From positions 29,878 to 93,877 of the IMG/VR virus record IMGVR_UViG_2934051868_000003: a stretch of DNA of 64,000 nucleotides. One strand, written 5' to 3'. Origin of the DNA: a virus. Lineage: Duplodnaviria; Caudoviricetes. Every line of letters begins with the position of its first letter. Positions within the stretch are counted from its first letter, which is position 1. Below, piece after piece: positions 35,385-44,872 of the stretch. The notes beneath the pieces are model-generated. The model saw only the letters and a list, made by a program, of their open reading frames with translations, did no database searches and had not been told where the DNA came from. Position numbers and translations under genes: made by a program.

Positions 35385-35502
35385 GAGGGTGATCTCCTCC
35401 GTGCCCGGGTGCGGCTACAGTTGCGGGGAGATCGACCAAGCCTTGGGGGGTTGGGGGGTCTTCGGTGGCCGGGCCTGGGACGGGGCCCGGCCACCGGCGT
35501 TT

Positions 35503-35865
35503 TCAGCGGCGTTGTCGGCGGCGTCTGGGGTCGAGTGGTGGTGCGGCGGGTCCGGTGTTGCGGTTGCGGCGGTGTTCCAGGGCGCGGGCCACCGGGTCGG
35601 CCAGCGGCTCGTCTTCAAGGTCGGGATACACGATGTAGTCGACGCCTTCGCGCGCCCCAGCCGCAGCGAAGATTGCTGCCTCCCGACGGTTGACGAGCGC
35701 GCCCATGAATGCGGGTGTGGTGCCGTGCTCGTCGTGCAGGCGGCGCAGGTAGTCGTGGACCTCGCCGCCCTCTGAATTTGGGGCAAAGTGGGGCGTATAG
35801 GGCAAATTTTTGGTGTCGGCCCGGGATTCGCCGCACTCGAACCCGCCGGTAACGTCGACTGTCAC
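35503..35865 (-). CDS. Hypothetical protein
   Basis: Coupled GTG start. Confidence 0.5.
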   Translation of the reverse strand: MTVDVTGGFECGESRADTKNLPYTPHFAPNSEGGEVHDYLRRLHDEHGTTPAFMGALVNRREAAIFAAAGAREGVDYIVYPDLEDEPLADPVARALEHRRNRNTGPAAPPLDPRRRRQRR

Positions 35866-36263
35866 GGCTGCTCGCCCCCGCCGCTGATCCAGCGGCGGTC
35901 GTCGTGGATCGCAGCGACGGTGGCCGCGAATCGGGGCTGCTCGGTGGCGCGGGTGCCTGCACTGCCGGCCATGAGCGCATCCGATTCCTGCCATTCGGCT
36001 TCGTCGAGCACGTCGGCGGGGATGTTCCCGGCTTCGTAGATGGCGTGGTAGACGCCGCCGGCTACGAGCGGCCAAGGAATTTCGCCGTGCGGGGTGGCGC
36101 CGGCGAGGCGGGCTGCGGTGATGATGCGTCGGGCGGTGTTGGCGGCTTGCATGGACCATGCGCCGTTGGCGGCGCGGTTGATGGCTTCGTTGAGGTCGTT
36201 CCACAGGTCGGATTGTTCTTCGCGCACCCATGCGGTGAGCTGGTCGACCGTTGGTGTGGTCAT
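35862..36263 (-). CDS. Hypothetical protein
   Basis: Coupled ORF, RBS GGGAG. Confidence 0.65.
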   Translation of the reverse strand: MTTPTVDQLTAWVREEQSDLWNDLNEAINRAANGAWSMQAANTARRIITAARLAGATPHGEIPWPLVAGGVYHAIYEAGNIPADVLDEAEWQESDALMAGSAGTRATEQPRFAATVAAIHDDRRWISGGGEQP

Positions 36264-36688
36264 GGCTTCTCCCGGCGGCTAGGTGGTGCGAGGAACGGGC
36301 GGATGGGGCGTGCGGGCTGCCGCCGCCAGCCACGCCACGGGATGTGCACCCATTCGCGGCCGTCCGGGTCGCGGTAGCCGCCTTCCCATCCGCCCCCGTC
36401 GGACAGAGGGATGAACCGGCCAAAAGCCGTGTTGGGTCCGCCAACCCGTTGGGCGGTCATGTTCGCCCAGTCGACCTGGTAGTGCTCGCTGTCGGATTCG
36501 TCGTGGGCGCGCTGGTGGTCGGCATCCCCTAGGTGCCAGAGGGGGCAGCCGCGTCCGTCGTTGCGGAAGCGGATGCCGACGTTTTCTTCGTAGGTGAAGG
36601 ACCAGCCGATGGCCTGCGCGCACCCGGCGGGGTCGATGCGGTCGGCCGCGAAGCGTAGCCGTCGGGCGAGCCGCTGTCGCAGGGTCAT
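36260..36688 (-). CDS. Hypothetical protein
   Basis: Coupled ORF. Confidence 0.6.
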   Translation of the reverse strand: MTLRQRLARRLRFAADRIDPAGCAQAIGWSFTYEENVGIRFRNDGRGCPLWHLGDADHQRAHDESDSEHYQVDWANMTAQRVGGPNTAFGRFIPLSDGGGWEGGYRDPDGREWVHIPWRGWRRQPARPIRPFLAPPSRREKP

Positions 36689-36874
36689 GCCGCATCCTTC
36701 CGGTAGTCGGGGTGCACGGCGTCGGGGTCAGCGAAGCGGGGTGAGCGCCAGCCCGGCCCGACCGCATCCGGGTGGTAGCCGCCGCAGGGCACGCATTGGG
36801 CGCGGCGTGTCCAGCCGCCGTCGAGGGACACGGACACCCAGCGGGTGGAGTCGCAGCGGGGGCAGCGGGGCTTG

Positions 36875-37219
36875 TCAGGCACGGTCGGGCCCCCACTCCG
36901 GGCGGTAGCCGGGCCGGTCGGCGTAGATCGCCACGTCGTCACGCACGTCAGGGCACGGCCAAGACTGGTATGCGCCCACCTGCGGCGTGGAGCACCAGCG
37001 GCAGATCACCCCGTGGAGGAAGTGCGTGTCGGGCTGGTGCCGTTCAAGGCGCCGTCGCTTAGCAGCGAGTTCGGCTCTCGCCCGGCGTTCGGTCATCAGC
37101 ATGGTCGACCCTTGGTGCCACCATCGGCTAGACGCGGGCGGTAGGGATGGATAGGCGTAGGACAGGTCCCGCTCGTCCCAGTCGAGCTGTTCGGTCAGCC
37201 ATGCGGTGAAGTCATCCAC
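36875..37219 (-). CDS. DUF6221-like protein
   Basis: WPCP..R..A.YADRPGYRPEW.P C-terminus. Confidence 0.7.
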   Translation of the reverse strand: MDDFTAWLTEQLDWDERDLSYAYPSLPPASSRWWHQGSTMLMTERRARAELAAKRRRLERHQPDTHFLHGVICRWCSTPQVGAYQSWPCPDVRDDVAIYADRPGYRPEWGPDRA

Positions 37220-37898
37220 GAGCGGCCTCCGGCGCCCACTCGGGCTGGTAGCCGGGCCACGTTGCGTACTTCGAGGCGATAAGGCGCAGCGTCGTGCACA
37301 TGTCTTCCTCGGTCAGCCAGGTGCAGTTGTCGACCTCGCCGTGCTGGTCGACGGTTGAGCACTCGTGAGATCGGGCGTGCAGCGTGAGGATGGCACGGTC
37401 TGCTGACACGTCGTCGAGGATCTGCGCCGGATCGTTGAACGCGATGTGGTCGGCCTGCTCCGGGCTCGGCCTGCCGTCGCCGTAGACGACCAAGGCGGAG
37501 GCGTTGGCGTCGTCCACTACGCAGCTGGCGAGGTCGCGCCGCCATCGAGCGTCGGGGCCTCCGGCTTCGTGGGCCGCGTTTTCCCGCCGGTCGAGTACCC
37601 CGTTAAGCCATTCGATCATTTCGTTCACGGTCACTCCCTTGCCGCGAAGTTCCGGGCATTCTTCCACCCCGGGATTCCCGCCGACACGGTGGGCGTCCAC
37701 CCTGAGCAGGTCGAACAGGGACTCGCCTTCCTGCCGGGCGGGGTGGAGGCGGGAAAGGCTCGACGCGGTCACGCCCTGCTCGCGCGCGCAGCCGCTTCCC
37801 AGCCCCTGCCGGAGTGGGCCTTTCGGCACGAGCCTGCCGCACGCCTCGCAGCGGCGAGGGCACTCCGATTGCGGCAGTAGGGGCAGCGGTTCATTCAT
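37212..37898 (-). CDS. DUF6011-like zinc motif in frame with a DUF6221-like domain
   Basis: C..CGR...GLG..C; HIA..DP..L; C.TLR..A..YA..PGY..EW.P. Confidence 0.6.
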   Translation of the reverse strand: MNEPLPLLPQSECPRRCEACGRLVPKGPLRQGLGSGCAREQGVTASSLSRLHPARQEGESLFDLLRVDAHRVGGNPGVEECPELRGKGVTVNEMIEWLNGVLDRRENAAHEAGGPDARWRRDLASCVVDDANASALVVYGDGRPSPEQADHIAFNDPAQILDDVSADRAILTLHARSHECSTVDQHGEVDNCTWLTEEDMCTTLRLIASKYATWPGYQPEWAPEAARG

Positions 37899-38137
37899 GC
37901 GTCGCCTGCCTCTCGCCGTTTCCTGCCGGGTCGTGCGGGCGGCCATCGGAAGCCGGCCGCCCGCAGGTCGCGGAGCAGGTTCGCGCCGCCACGATGGTCG
38001 GACGGTGTGGCGGGGGTGGTGGTGACCAGCCGTCCTGACGGGTTGCTGATTTTCCAGTGTCCGGAGCCGCCCAACTCGACACGCCACCGCGCCCGCCGCA
38101 GGTCGGCGAACAGGCGGCGGCGTTTACTCGCGTCCAC
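37895..38137 (-). CDS. HicA-like dsRBD-fold protein
   Basis: W.VE..GSGHWKI..P.G...TPSD.R...N...LR..G. Confidence 0.6.
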   Translation of the reverse strand: MDASKRRRLFADLRRARWRVELGGSGHWKISNPSGRLVTTTPATPSDHRGGANLLRDLRAAGFRWPPARPGRKRREAGDA

Positions 38138-38405
38138 CGGCACCGGCCTGGCCGTCGTGCTGCGGGCATCCGCGCTGCACGGCCCGCACATACCCGGAGA
38201 TGCTGGGCAGTAGCAGGCAGTGCCCGCAACGGTCCCGAAGGTTGCCGCCACCGTCTCCGGGCAGCCATCCGGCTTCGAGTAGGGCGGGGAGAACGGCGGT
38301 CACGATGGTGCCGACGTCGCCTGCCGACATGGGCCAGCCGATGACAGTGCGGACGTACGCGGTGAGCTGGTCCACGTCGGCGTTGGTGTACGGCTGGCTG
38401 GTCAC
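38124..38405 (-). CDS. Hypothetical protein
   Basis: Coupled ORF. Confidence 0.5.
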   Translation of the reverse strand: MTSQPYTNADVDQLTAYVRTVIGWPMSAGDVGTIVTAVLPALLEAGWLPGDGGGNLRDRCGHCLLLPSISGYVRAVQRGCPQHDGQAGAGGRE

Positions 38406-38812
38406 GGCTTCTCCTCCACCGGCTCCCACGGGGTGGTGTGCTGCTGGCGGCGCACCACCGTGCAGTCGACGCGCCAGTCCGGATCGACGGCGCGCTGCAC
38501 GTTGTTGCCCTTGACCAGCACATCGGCTCCCTGCCGCGTTGTTGCCTCCGGGTAGGGCGAGACGATTTCGCCGTTGAGCGTGTACATGGCTGCGAACTGT
38601 TCCTCCGTGCGGGTGCCGGCGGGCAGCAGCGAGCGGTAGAGGGCGATGTCGCCGTCAAACAGGTTGATGATTTCGGCGGCGATCCGCGACCCGATGTGGT
38701 CGGCGTGGGCGACCGTTCCGTGGCTGGTGATGCTGTCCCCGTATTCGCGTTGGGCGACGGCGGCGATCATCCGATGCAGCACGTCCCGGGGCGACTCCGG
38801 CTGCCCGCTCAC
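38402..38812 (-). CDS. Hypothetical protein
   Basis: Coupled ORF. Confidence 0.6.
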   Translation of the reverse strand: MSGQPESPRDVLHRMIAAVAQREYGDSITSHGTVAHADHIGSRIAAEIINLFDGDIALYRSLLPAGTRTEEQFAAMYTLNGEIVSPYPEATTRQGADVLVKGNNVQRAVDPDWRVDCTVVRRQQHTTPWEPVEEKP

Positions 38813-39177
38813 CGCTGCCCCCTAACCTGCCACACCTTGTCGTAGGCGGCCGTCATGCACTCGTTGCCGTCGCACAGGAACACCCCGGCGACCCCGTCCG
38901 CGACCGTCGCCTGCCCGCCACAGATGGCGCACGTCTTGCCCGCGAACAGGTCACTGACCGGGTGGCTGACGTCCCCGAGCTGGCTGGCGACGTGTTCCCC
39001 GACAGCGGATGCGGCGACGGCGGCGATCCGGTCCACGTCGCCTACGCAGATCGCGCAGTCGGCGTTGAACTGGTGCCGGTTGTGCGCGGAGATGGCGTGG
39101 ATGGCGTGGTACTCGGGCGGTGTGTGCCATTGGTGGGTGCGGAGCCGGTCGGCGATCCGCTCGGCCAGCCCGCTCAC
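38809..39177 (-). CDS. Hypothetical Cys/His-rich protein
   Basis: Coupled ORF; two CAIC motifs. Confidence 0.6.
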   Translation of the reverse strand: MSGLAERIADRLRTHQWHTPPEYHAIHAISAHNRHQFNADCAICVGDVDRIAAVAASAVGEHVASQLGDVSHPVSDLFAGKTCAICGGQATVADGVAGVFLCDGNECMTAAYDKVWQVRGQR

Positions 39178-39708
39178 GCCGACACCGCCGATCCGGCGTC
39201 CTTACGCCGCGTTGCATGGAACCGGGCCCGCATCTCGTCCGGGGCTTCGGCGAGTAGCCAGTCCCGCTCCGCCTCCGCCTCCCGGCGCAGCTCGTGCGGC
39301 GACCGGCCGCCGGGCTTCATGAACAGGATTACGTACCGGTCCCCGGATTCCCGGTCGATGACGGTCTGCTCGACGTAGTTCTGCGCGCCGGGGTTGGCGT
39401 CGAGGAACGTCTTCGCGGCCATCACCAGCCCGGCGGCGGTCTCCCGGGCCATGGTTACCCGCAGGTCCATGCCCTTCGCCGACATGTCCCAGCCAGCGAT
39501 GCGGGCCTCTGCTACCTGCTGGTCAACGAACGCGGCCCGGTCTGCGTCGTACACGTCCCCGGCTGCGCGGATCGCAGCCTCCGCCCAGCGACGGGCGACG
39601 GTCGGGGTGAGCATCCGGGCGAGGAACGGCATCCTGGCGGCAGCGTCACGAATGGCAGTGGCGCCGGCCCTGATGGCGCGGGCGTCGAGGTCGTCTCGGT
39701 CGGTCATG
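39174..39708 (-). CDS. Hypothetical protein
   Basis: RBS GAGGAGG; A.NYVE...G.SPHELR motif. Confidence 0.65.
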
Positions 39709-39717
39709 GTCGCCTCC

Positions 39718-40002
39718 TCAGGCATTGAAGTCAGTTTGTCGATCACGTGAGTACTGCGCCCTGCGTCGGCCGCGTCGCAGATCAGTGACGAGCCAGCGGG
39801 CCGCCCGTGCCACCTCCCCGATCAGAAAAACCGCGACCAGGGCGAGCAGCACCGTCGCCCCATCCCGGTTCCACGACCGCTGGGCGGCGGCCAGCACGAG
39901 GACAGCGGCCACGCCGGCGAGCAGCCCGACCGTGAAGGCGTGGGCGAGCTGGCGGGGCGTCCACGGCAGACGGGCCAGCAGCGCAGCGATCCGGGCGGTC
40001 AC
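39718..40002 (-). CDS. Small 2-TM membrane protein
   Basis: Two hydrophobic segments; coupled start. Confidence 0.55.
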   Translation of the reverse strand: MTARIAALLARLPWTPRQLAHAFTVGLLAGVAAVLVLAAAQRSWNRDGATVLLALVAVFLIGEVARAARWLVTDLRRGRRRAQYSRDRQTDFNA

Positions 40003-40340
40003 AGCCCCTCCCCGCAGATGAACACGGACGACGCGTCCAGGAACGCCATCGGACGGCCCCGCTTGAAGAACCCGACCGGCACGCCGAGCACGTCGGCCAG
40101 TCGTTCCACCTCGTACGCTTTCGGCCCGGTCACGTGCGACTCCCACTGCACGATCTGCCACGGCGCCACACCTGCCTGCTCGGCCAGTTCGGCGCGGCGC
40201 AGGCCGGCGAGGTGGCGTGCCTGCACCAGCCGGTACGGCTCAAACTCGGCTGCCACCTCCACCGCGGTCACAGCGGGTGGGGTGGGCTTGCGGCGGCCCG
40301 GCAGCGACCGGAACGGGCGAATGTTGTCGGTCACCGCCAA
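39999..40340 (-). CDS. XRE-family HTH protein
   Basis: L.QAR...GL...ELA...GV....I.QWE.....P......LA..LGV. Confidence 0.8.
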   Translation of the reverse strand: MAVTDNIRPFRSLPGRRKPTPPAVTAVEVAAEFEPYRLVQARHLAGLRRAELAEQAGVAPWQIVQWESHVTGPKAYEVERLADVLGVPVGFFKRGRPMAFLDASSVFICGEGL

Positions 40341-41092
40341 CCCCCCTCGTGCACCACCAACGCCGGACGCCCGCGCGACACCGACACCGGCTCGGGCAGG
40401 TCGTCGTCGGTGACCAGCAGCCGCAACGTCGGACGCTCAAACCGGCGCCCCTCCGGCGGCGGCGACCACTGCGGGTCAACGTGCCGCCACACCGCCCACC
40501 AGTCGATCTCCGGCAGATGCCGCTCCAACACCCCGCCCGTATTCGCGGGCGGAACCGGCGCGGGGTGGGCGGCCAGCTCGGCGCGGTTCCGATCGAGCAA
40601 GTCCGTGAACCATTGCTTGCAGGCAGGCTGAGAACAGTGACCAATCCACCTACGCTGCCCGGTCGCCGGGTCGGTGAGCCGGCGGGCGTTCGACGACGCG
40701 GACCGTCCGCACAAGCCTTCCCGCCGCACCATCGGACGACCGCATGTCACGTTCGCCCACGACCGGTCGCCGTCAACGTCCGGGCAGTAGCGGCGCCGGT
40801 CGGCGAAGAACACGTCACGGATGCGGCGTCGCGGGCGGCTGTCGCCCCGGTCGTGCAGATGAACCGACCCGAGGATTCCCCCCTGAAGTCGGCGGTTGCC
40901 GTACACCGCGTCGGCGATCAGCTTCATCTGCATGGATCCGGTTTCACTCCACGGCGGGTCGCCGAGGTCGACGCAGCGGGCCATGCCGATACCGACGAGC
41001 AGCAGTTCGCCGACGCATTCGGGGTCGGCGAGCATTCGGGTGACCCGCTGGTTGTGGGCGTGCAGGTCCGCGAACGACGGCTGGGCGGTCAC
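40331..41092 (-). CDS. Hypothetical Cys-containing protein
   Basis: Long coupled ORF, GC3-rich. Confidence 0.65.
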   Translation of the reverse strand: MTAQPSFADLHAHNQRVTRMLADPECVGELLLVGIGMARCVDLGDPPWSETGSMQMKLIADAVYGNRRLQGGILGSVHLHDRGDSRPRRRIRDVFFADRRRYCPDVDGDRSWANVTCGRPMVRREGLCGRSASSNARRLTDPATGQRRWIGHCSQPACKQWFTDLLDRNRAELAAHPAPVPPANTGGVLERHLPEIDWWAVWRHVDPQWSPPPEGRRFERPTLRLLVTDDDLPEPVSVSRGRPALVVHEGGWR

Positions 41093-41724
41093 GGCTTCAC
41101 CACCTGCGTGCCGTCGGCGTGCCGCACCAGCGTGTGCCGATCCAACCCGCCCGCCACCACCCGCACCCGCGACTGCGGCCGAGACGCATCCACCCCGCCA
41201 TCAGGCAGCACCGGCACACACACCGCCCGCACCCCATCAGTCCACTCCACCCGCACCAGCCGGCACCCGCCACGCCGATCCTTCGACGACCACACCTGGT
41301 CCACCGCCACCGCCGGCGCCACCGCAGCGTCCATGCGGCCCGCCGGCGGCGCCACCGGCGTGTCGAACACCGCAGCCCGCCACACCGCCAACGCCGACAC
41401 CAACTCCGGCCGCGGATCAACCTCACACCACGCCGCCGCACCCACCAGCAGCGCCTGCAACTGCTCCGGGGTGAGGTCGAGCAGCGGCATGATGTGATCG
41501 TCAACCAGGGCCACGTTCAAGCCGACCGCCTCCGCGACCTCGATCAGCGTGCCCGACAGAACATCCTGGCCGCCGTGTTCGATCGCGGTCATGGTGCTTT
41601 TGCCGGTGCCGATGTGCGCGGCCACGTCCTCAGCGTTCAGGCCGGACGCGATACGCCGGTAGCGGATCTTCTTCCCGTGGGCTTGCCGCTGGGCGACCGC
41701 GCGGGTCTTCCGGACGCCGCTCAC
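41089..41724 (-). CDS. XRE-family HTH protein with C-terminal extension
   Basis: IRYRRIASGL....VA...G......IEHG. Confidence 0.75.
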   Translation of the reverse strand: MSGVRKTRAVAQRQAHGKKIRYRRIASGLNAEDVAAHIGTGKSTMTAIEHGGQDVLSGTLIEVAEAVGLNVALVDDHIMPLLDLTPEQLQALLVGAAAWCEVDPRPELVSALAVWRAAVFDTPVAPPAGRMDAAVAPAVAVDQVWSSKDRRGGCRLVRVEWTDGVRAVCVPVLPDGGVDASRPQSRVRVVAGGLDRHTLVRHADGTQVVKP

Positions 41725-41957
41725 GCCGCCTCCCTCATCGTGGTGCCGGCAACAGCCGGACGAACTTCTGTGCTGTGCTGCATCGGACGCAGCACCGGCA
41801 ACCCCACCTGCGCCACATGCCGGTAGGCAGCCGCCAAATGCTGATCACAGGGGTAGCGGGTCAGGCCGTCACCCGGAGCGCCGTGCGACACCTCCCACCG
41901 GGCATACACGCCGGTAGCCAAACCGCAGTAGTCACACTCCACGCAGCCCCTCCTCAC
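41721..41957 (-). CDS. Small zinc-binding hypothetical protein
   Basis: C..C...C..H; coupled to dnaB. Confidence 0.5.
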   Translation of the reverse strand: MRRGCVECDYCGLATGVYARWEVSHGAPGDGLTRYPCDQHLAAAYRHVAQVGLPVLRPMQHSTEVRPAVAGTTMREAA

Positions 41958-43312
41958 ACGATCGCCATGTCAACAAACCGGGACAGATGCAGTTGGGCCG
42001 CCACCGTCACCGTGTCCGTCGGCCCATTCCGGTGCTTGGCGACAATCACGTCCGCCTCCCCCGCGCGCGCGGACTCCTTGTCGTAGTAGTCATCGCGGTG
42101 CATCAAAATCACCACGTCGGCGTCCTGCTCCAGCGACCCCGACTCGCGAAGGTCACTGAGTTGCGGCAGCTTGTTCTGCCGCTGCTCCGGGCCACGATTC
42201 AACTGACACACACCAATGATCGGAATGTGCAGCTCCTTCGCCAGAAGCTTCAGCCCGCGGGACAAGTCCGCGACTTCCTGCTGCCGGGACTCGCTGCGCT
42301 TCGGCGACGTCATCAACTGGAGATAATCGACCACCAGCAGTCGCAGGTCATGGCGCTGCCTCAACCGCTGCGCCTTCGACCGGATGTGCATCAGGTTCAT
42401 CGACGGGGTGTCATCCACGAACAGCGGCGCATCGGCGATCTCACCCATGCACTTCGCCAACTTCGACCAGTCGTCGTCCGACAGTTGCCCGGACCGCAGC
42501 ACGTGCAGCGGCACCCGCGCCTCCGCCGACAGCAGCCGCATCACAATCTCGACCTTCGACATCTCCAGCGAGAAGATCGCCGAAGCCTGCCCGGCGCGGA
42601 TCGCCGCATGCCTGGCCACGTCAGCGGCGAGCGTCGACTTCCCGAGCCCAGGCCGGCCGGCCACCAACACGAGCTGGCCGGGTGTCAAACCGTTGAGCAG
42701 ACGATCCAAGTCGGTGAACCCGGTCGGTACGCCAACCATCTCTCCGCCCCGCTTACCGGCAGCCTCAATCTCCTCCACCGTCGGCTGCAACATGTCCGCC
42801 AACGCGTTGAAGTCCTCGGCCTGCTCGCGGGCGGTCACCTCAAACACCGCCTGCTGCGCCAACGTCGCCAGATCATCGGTAGACCGACTCGTCCCCCTGG
42901 AGCCCGTGTAGCCGAGCTGCACCAGCCGGGTGCCGGCCTCAATCAGCCGCCGCTCCACCGCCCGGTCATACACCGAACGGGCGTAGTAGGAGGCGTTCGC
43001 CGCCGTCGGCACCGAGGCGATCAGCGTGTGCAGATACGCGCCGCCGCCCACCCGGGACAAATCACCGGACTCCATCAACGCCGTATGCACCGACACCACA
43101 TCCACCGGCACACCGCTGCCGAACAAATCCTGGATGACGCTGAAAATCCGCTCATGCACCGGCCGGTAAAAGTCGTTGCCGCGCAGAAACTCCAACACCT
43201 GCGCGCACGCATCCTTCGACAGCAGCATGCCCCCCAAAACGGCCTGCTCCGCGGGCACATCCTGCGGAACCTGCCGTCCGCCCGCCTCCAGCGCCTCGTC
43301 CGGTTCGGTCAT
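41954..43312 (-). CDS. dnaB: Replicative DNA helicase
   Basis: AEQAVLG, GRPGLGKS, FSLEM, VDYLQL, DLRESGSLEQDAD, KHRNGP. Confidence 0.97.
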   Translation of the reverse strand: MTEPDEALEAGGRQVPQDVPAEQAVLGGMLLSKDACAQVLEFLRGNDFYRPVHERIFSVIQDLFGSGVPVDVVSVHTALMESGDLSRVGGGAYLHTLIASVPTAANASYYARSVYDRAVERRLIEAGTRLVQLGYTGSRGTSRSTDDLATLAQQAVFEVTAREQAEDFNALADMLQPTVEEIEAAGKRGGEMVGVPTGFTDLDRLLNGLTPGQLVLVAGRPGLGKSTLAADVARHAAIRAGQASAIFSLEMSKVEIVMRLLSAEARVPLHVLRSGQLSDDDWSKLAKCMGEIADAPLFVDDTPSMNLMHIRSKAQRLRQRHDLRLLVVDYLQLMTSPKRSESRQQEVADLSRGLKLLAKELHIPIIGVCQLNRGPEQRQNKLPQLSDLRESGSLEQDADVVILMHRDDYYDKESARAGEADVIVAKHRNGPTDTVTVAAQLHLSRFVDMAIV

Positions 43313-43752
43313 TCCACAACCTCCCCACCCACGTCAGCAGGACCAGCCGTCAACTCACGCAACTCATCCATCGCCGACGGCAACTCCGGCCGCGACCGCG
43401 CCACATGCTCCAGCAGCGGCCCCAACACCTCCCGCACCGACGCCGAACCACGCTCCATCCGCACCTCACGGTTGATGTCGTCCTCGAAGCGCGACGGCAA
43501 CGCACGCACCTCCGACGGTGCCAGCCGCCGTCGCTCCGCCGCGATTTCCCGCACCCCAGCCCGGATGTGGCCCGGCATGATCCGGTCCGTGTTCACCGCG
43601 TAGTAGCGGCGCACGGCCTCCACCGCGTCATCTGCGGCCAGGTCACCGATCGCCGCATGCCATGCCTTTAACACATCCTTGTTGGGGCTGCCGAAGCGGT
43701 ACTCGAACACCGCTACCGCGGCCATCACACGGCGCATGTCGTCTAATGTCAC
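43309..43752 (-). CDS. Helicase loader/inhibitor-like protein
   Basis: AWH...DL.......AV..YY......IMPGHI; between initiator and dnaB. Confidence 0.65.
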   Translation of the reverse strand: MTLDDMRRVMAAVAVFEYRFGSPNKDVLKAWHAAIGDLAADDAVEAVRRYYAVNTDRIMPGHIRAGVREIAAERRRLAPSEVRALPSRFEDDINREVRMERGSASVREVLGPLLEHVARSRPELPSAMDELRELTAGPADVGGEVVE

Positions 43753-43774
43753 CGGCGTTCACCTCCCTCCGTGG

Positions 43775-44872
43775 TCATGCTTCGACCTCCATCCAGCCGC
43801 GGGCGTTGCGGCTGTTCGAGTTCTCCCGGGCCGGCACCTGCCGATCCGACTGGGCGGCGGTACCGCGCGATTCGTAGCCGGACGGCAGCGCTAGTTGCTG
43901 GTCGTTGGCAATCAACCGCGCCTGGGCTAGTGCCCGATCCATCTGCTTTGCGGAGGGGATGCTTTCCCCGATCCGCTTCAACGCGTTCTTGATCTCGATG
44001 TCGCCGTAGTCGGCCGTGAAGGGCTCGATCAGGCTTCGCAGCTTGTGCAGGGAGACGTCCTTGCCCTTGACCTTGGCCACAACGGGGATGTTGTGTTCCT
44101 TGCGGTATTGGATCCAGCCGCGCGCGATGCCGAAAGCCCGCTGCGTCGGGGTCGGTTCGCCAGTGACCGCCTCTGCTTCGTTAGAAGCAGAGGTAGTACC
44201 GGGTACGGGTACGGGGCTCACGCCAGCAAGGAGCAAGTTGCTTGCTTTGCTCACACCGCTTGCTTGACAGCTCGTTTCGGTTTCCGCAGGTGGAAGCCCC
44301 GCGTCTTCGGTGAAGAGGGTCGGTTCGCCGTCGGCTGCCTGGCCGCCGTCGGTGGCACGGCGATTTTGCTTGGGGGTTGCTTGGCCGTTTGCTTGGCCGA
44401 TTGAAGCACTTGCTTGGTTTGCTTGCTCTTGCTTGGCCTCGTCCTGTTTGCGGCGATCTGCTGAGACGCGTCCGCCCTTCCGGCCAGCGGCGCGGCGCTT
44501 CTCCGAAAGGTCAGCGGGCGTGCCAGGAACAACCCTGTCCCGAGCGGGGGGCCGGTACTCGCTCGCGTGATGGAACACGAACCCCGCCGCCGACTCGGGC
44601 AGGTGCGCGTACTCCGTCAGGCAGTCGGCGCATTCCCTGCCGCGCTCGTGCCACAGGCCCGCTCGGACAAGCGCCGCCGCCCACCTGGCCCCCAACTCCC
44701 GGTCGCACAGCAGGGTGGCCGGCTGGTGCGGGGGGACGTAGCCGGGCCACTTCTGCTTGGCGGCCCACGTGTTGGCGAGTAGGTGCAGCGACAGGGCGCC
44801 GGGCTCCTCGAACACCACGCCGGTGACCTTCGGGTTGGTGTCGAAGTGGTCGTCGTATCTCACCCACGCCAC
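43775..44872 (-). CDS. Replication initiator-like protein
   Basis: W...DD.F..NPK N-terminus, LV..GLW, GRKGG, PVPVP linker. Confidence 0.7.
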   Translation of the reverse strand: MAWVRYDDHFDTNPKVTGVVFEEPGALSLHLLANTWAAKQKWPGYVPPHQPATLLCDRELGARWAAALVRAGLWHERGRECADCLTEYAHLPESAAGFVFHHASEYRPPARDRVVPGTPADLSEKRRAAGRKGGRVSADRRKQDEAKQEQANQASASIGQANGQATPKQNRRATDGGQAADGEPTLFTEDAGLPPAETETSCQASGVSKASNLLLAGVSPVPVPGTTSASNEAEAVTGEPTPTQRAFGIARGWIQYRKEHNIPVVAKVKGKDVSLHKLRSLIEPFTADYGDIEIKNALKRIGESIPSAKQMDRALAQARLIANDQQLALPSGYESRGTAAQSDRQVPARENSNSRNARGWMEVEA

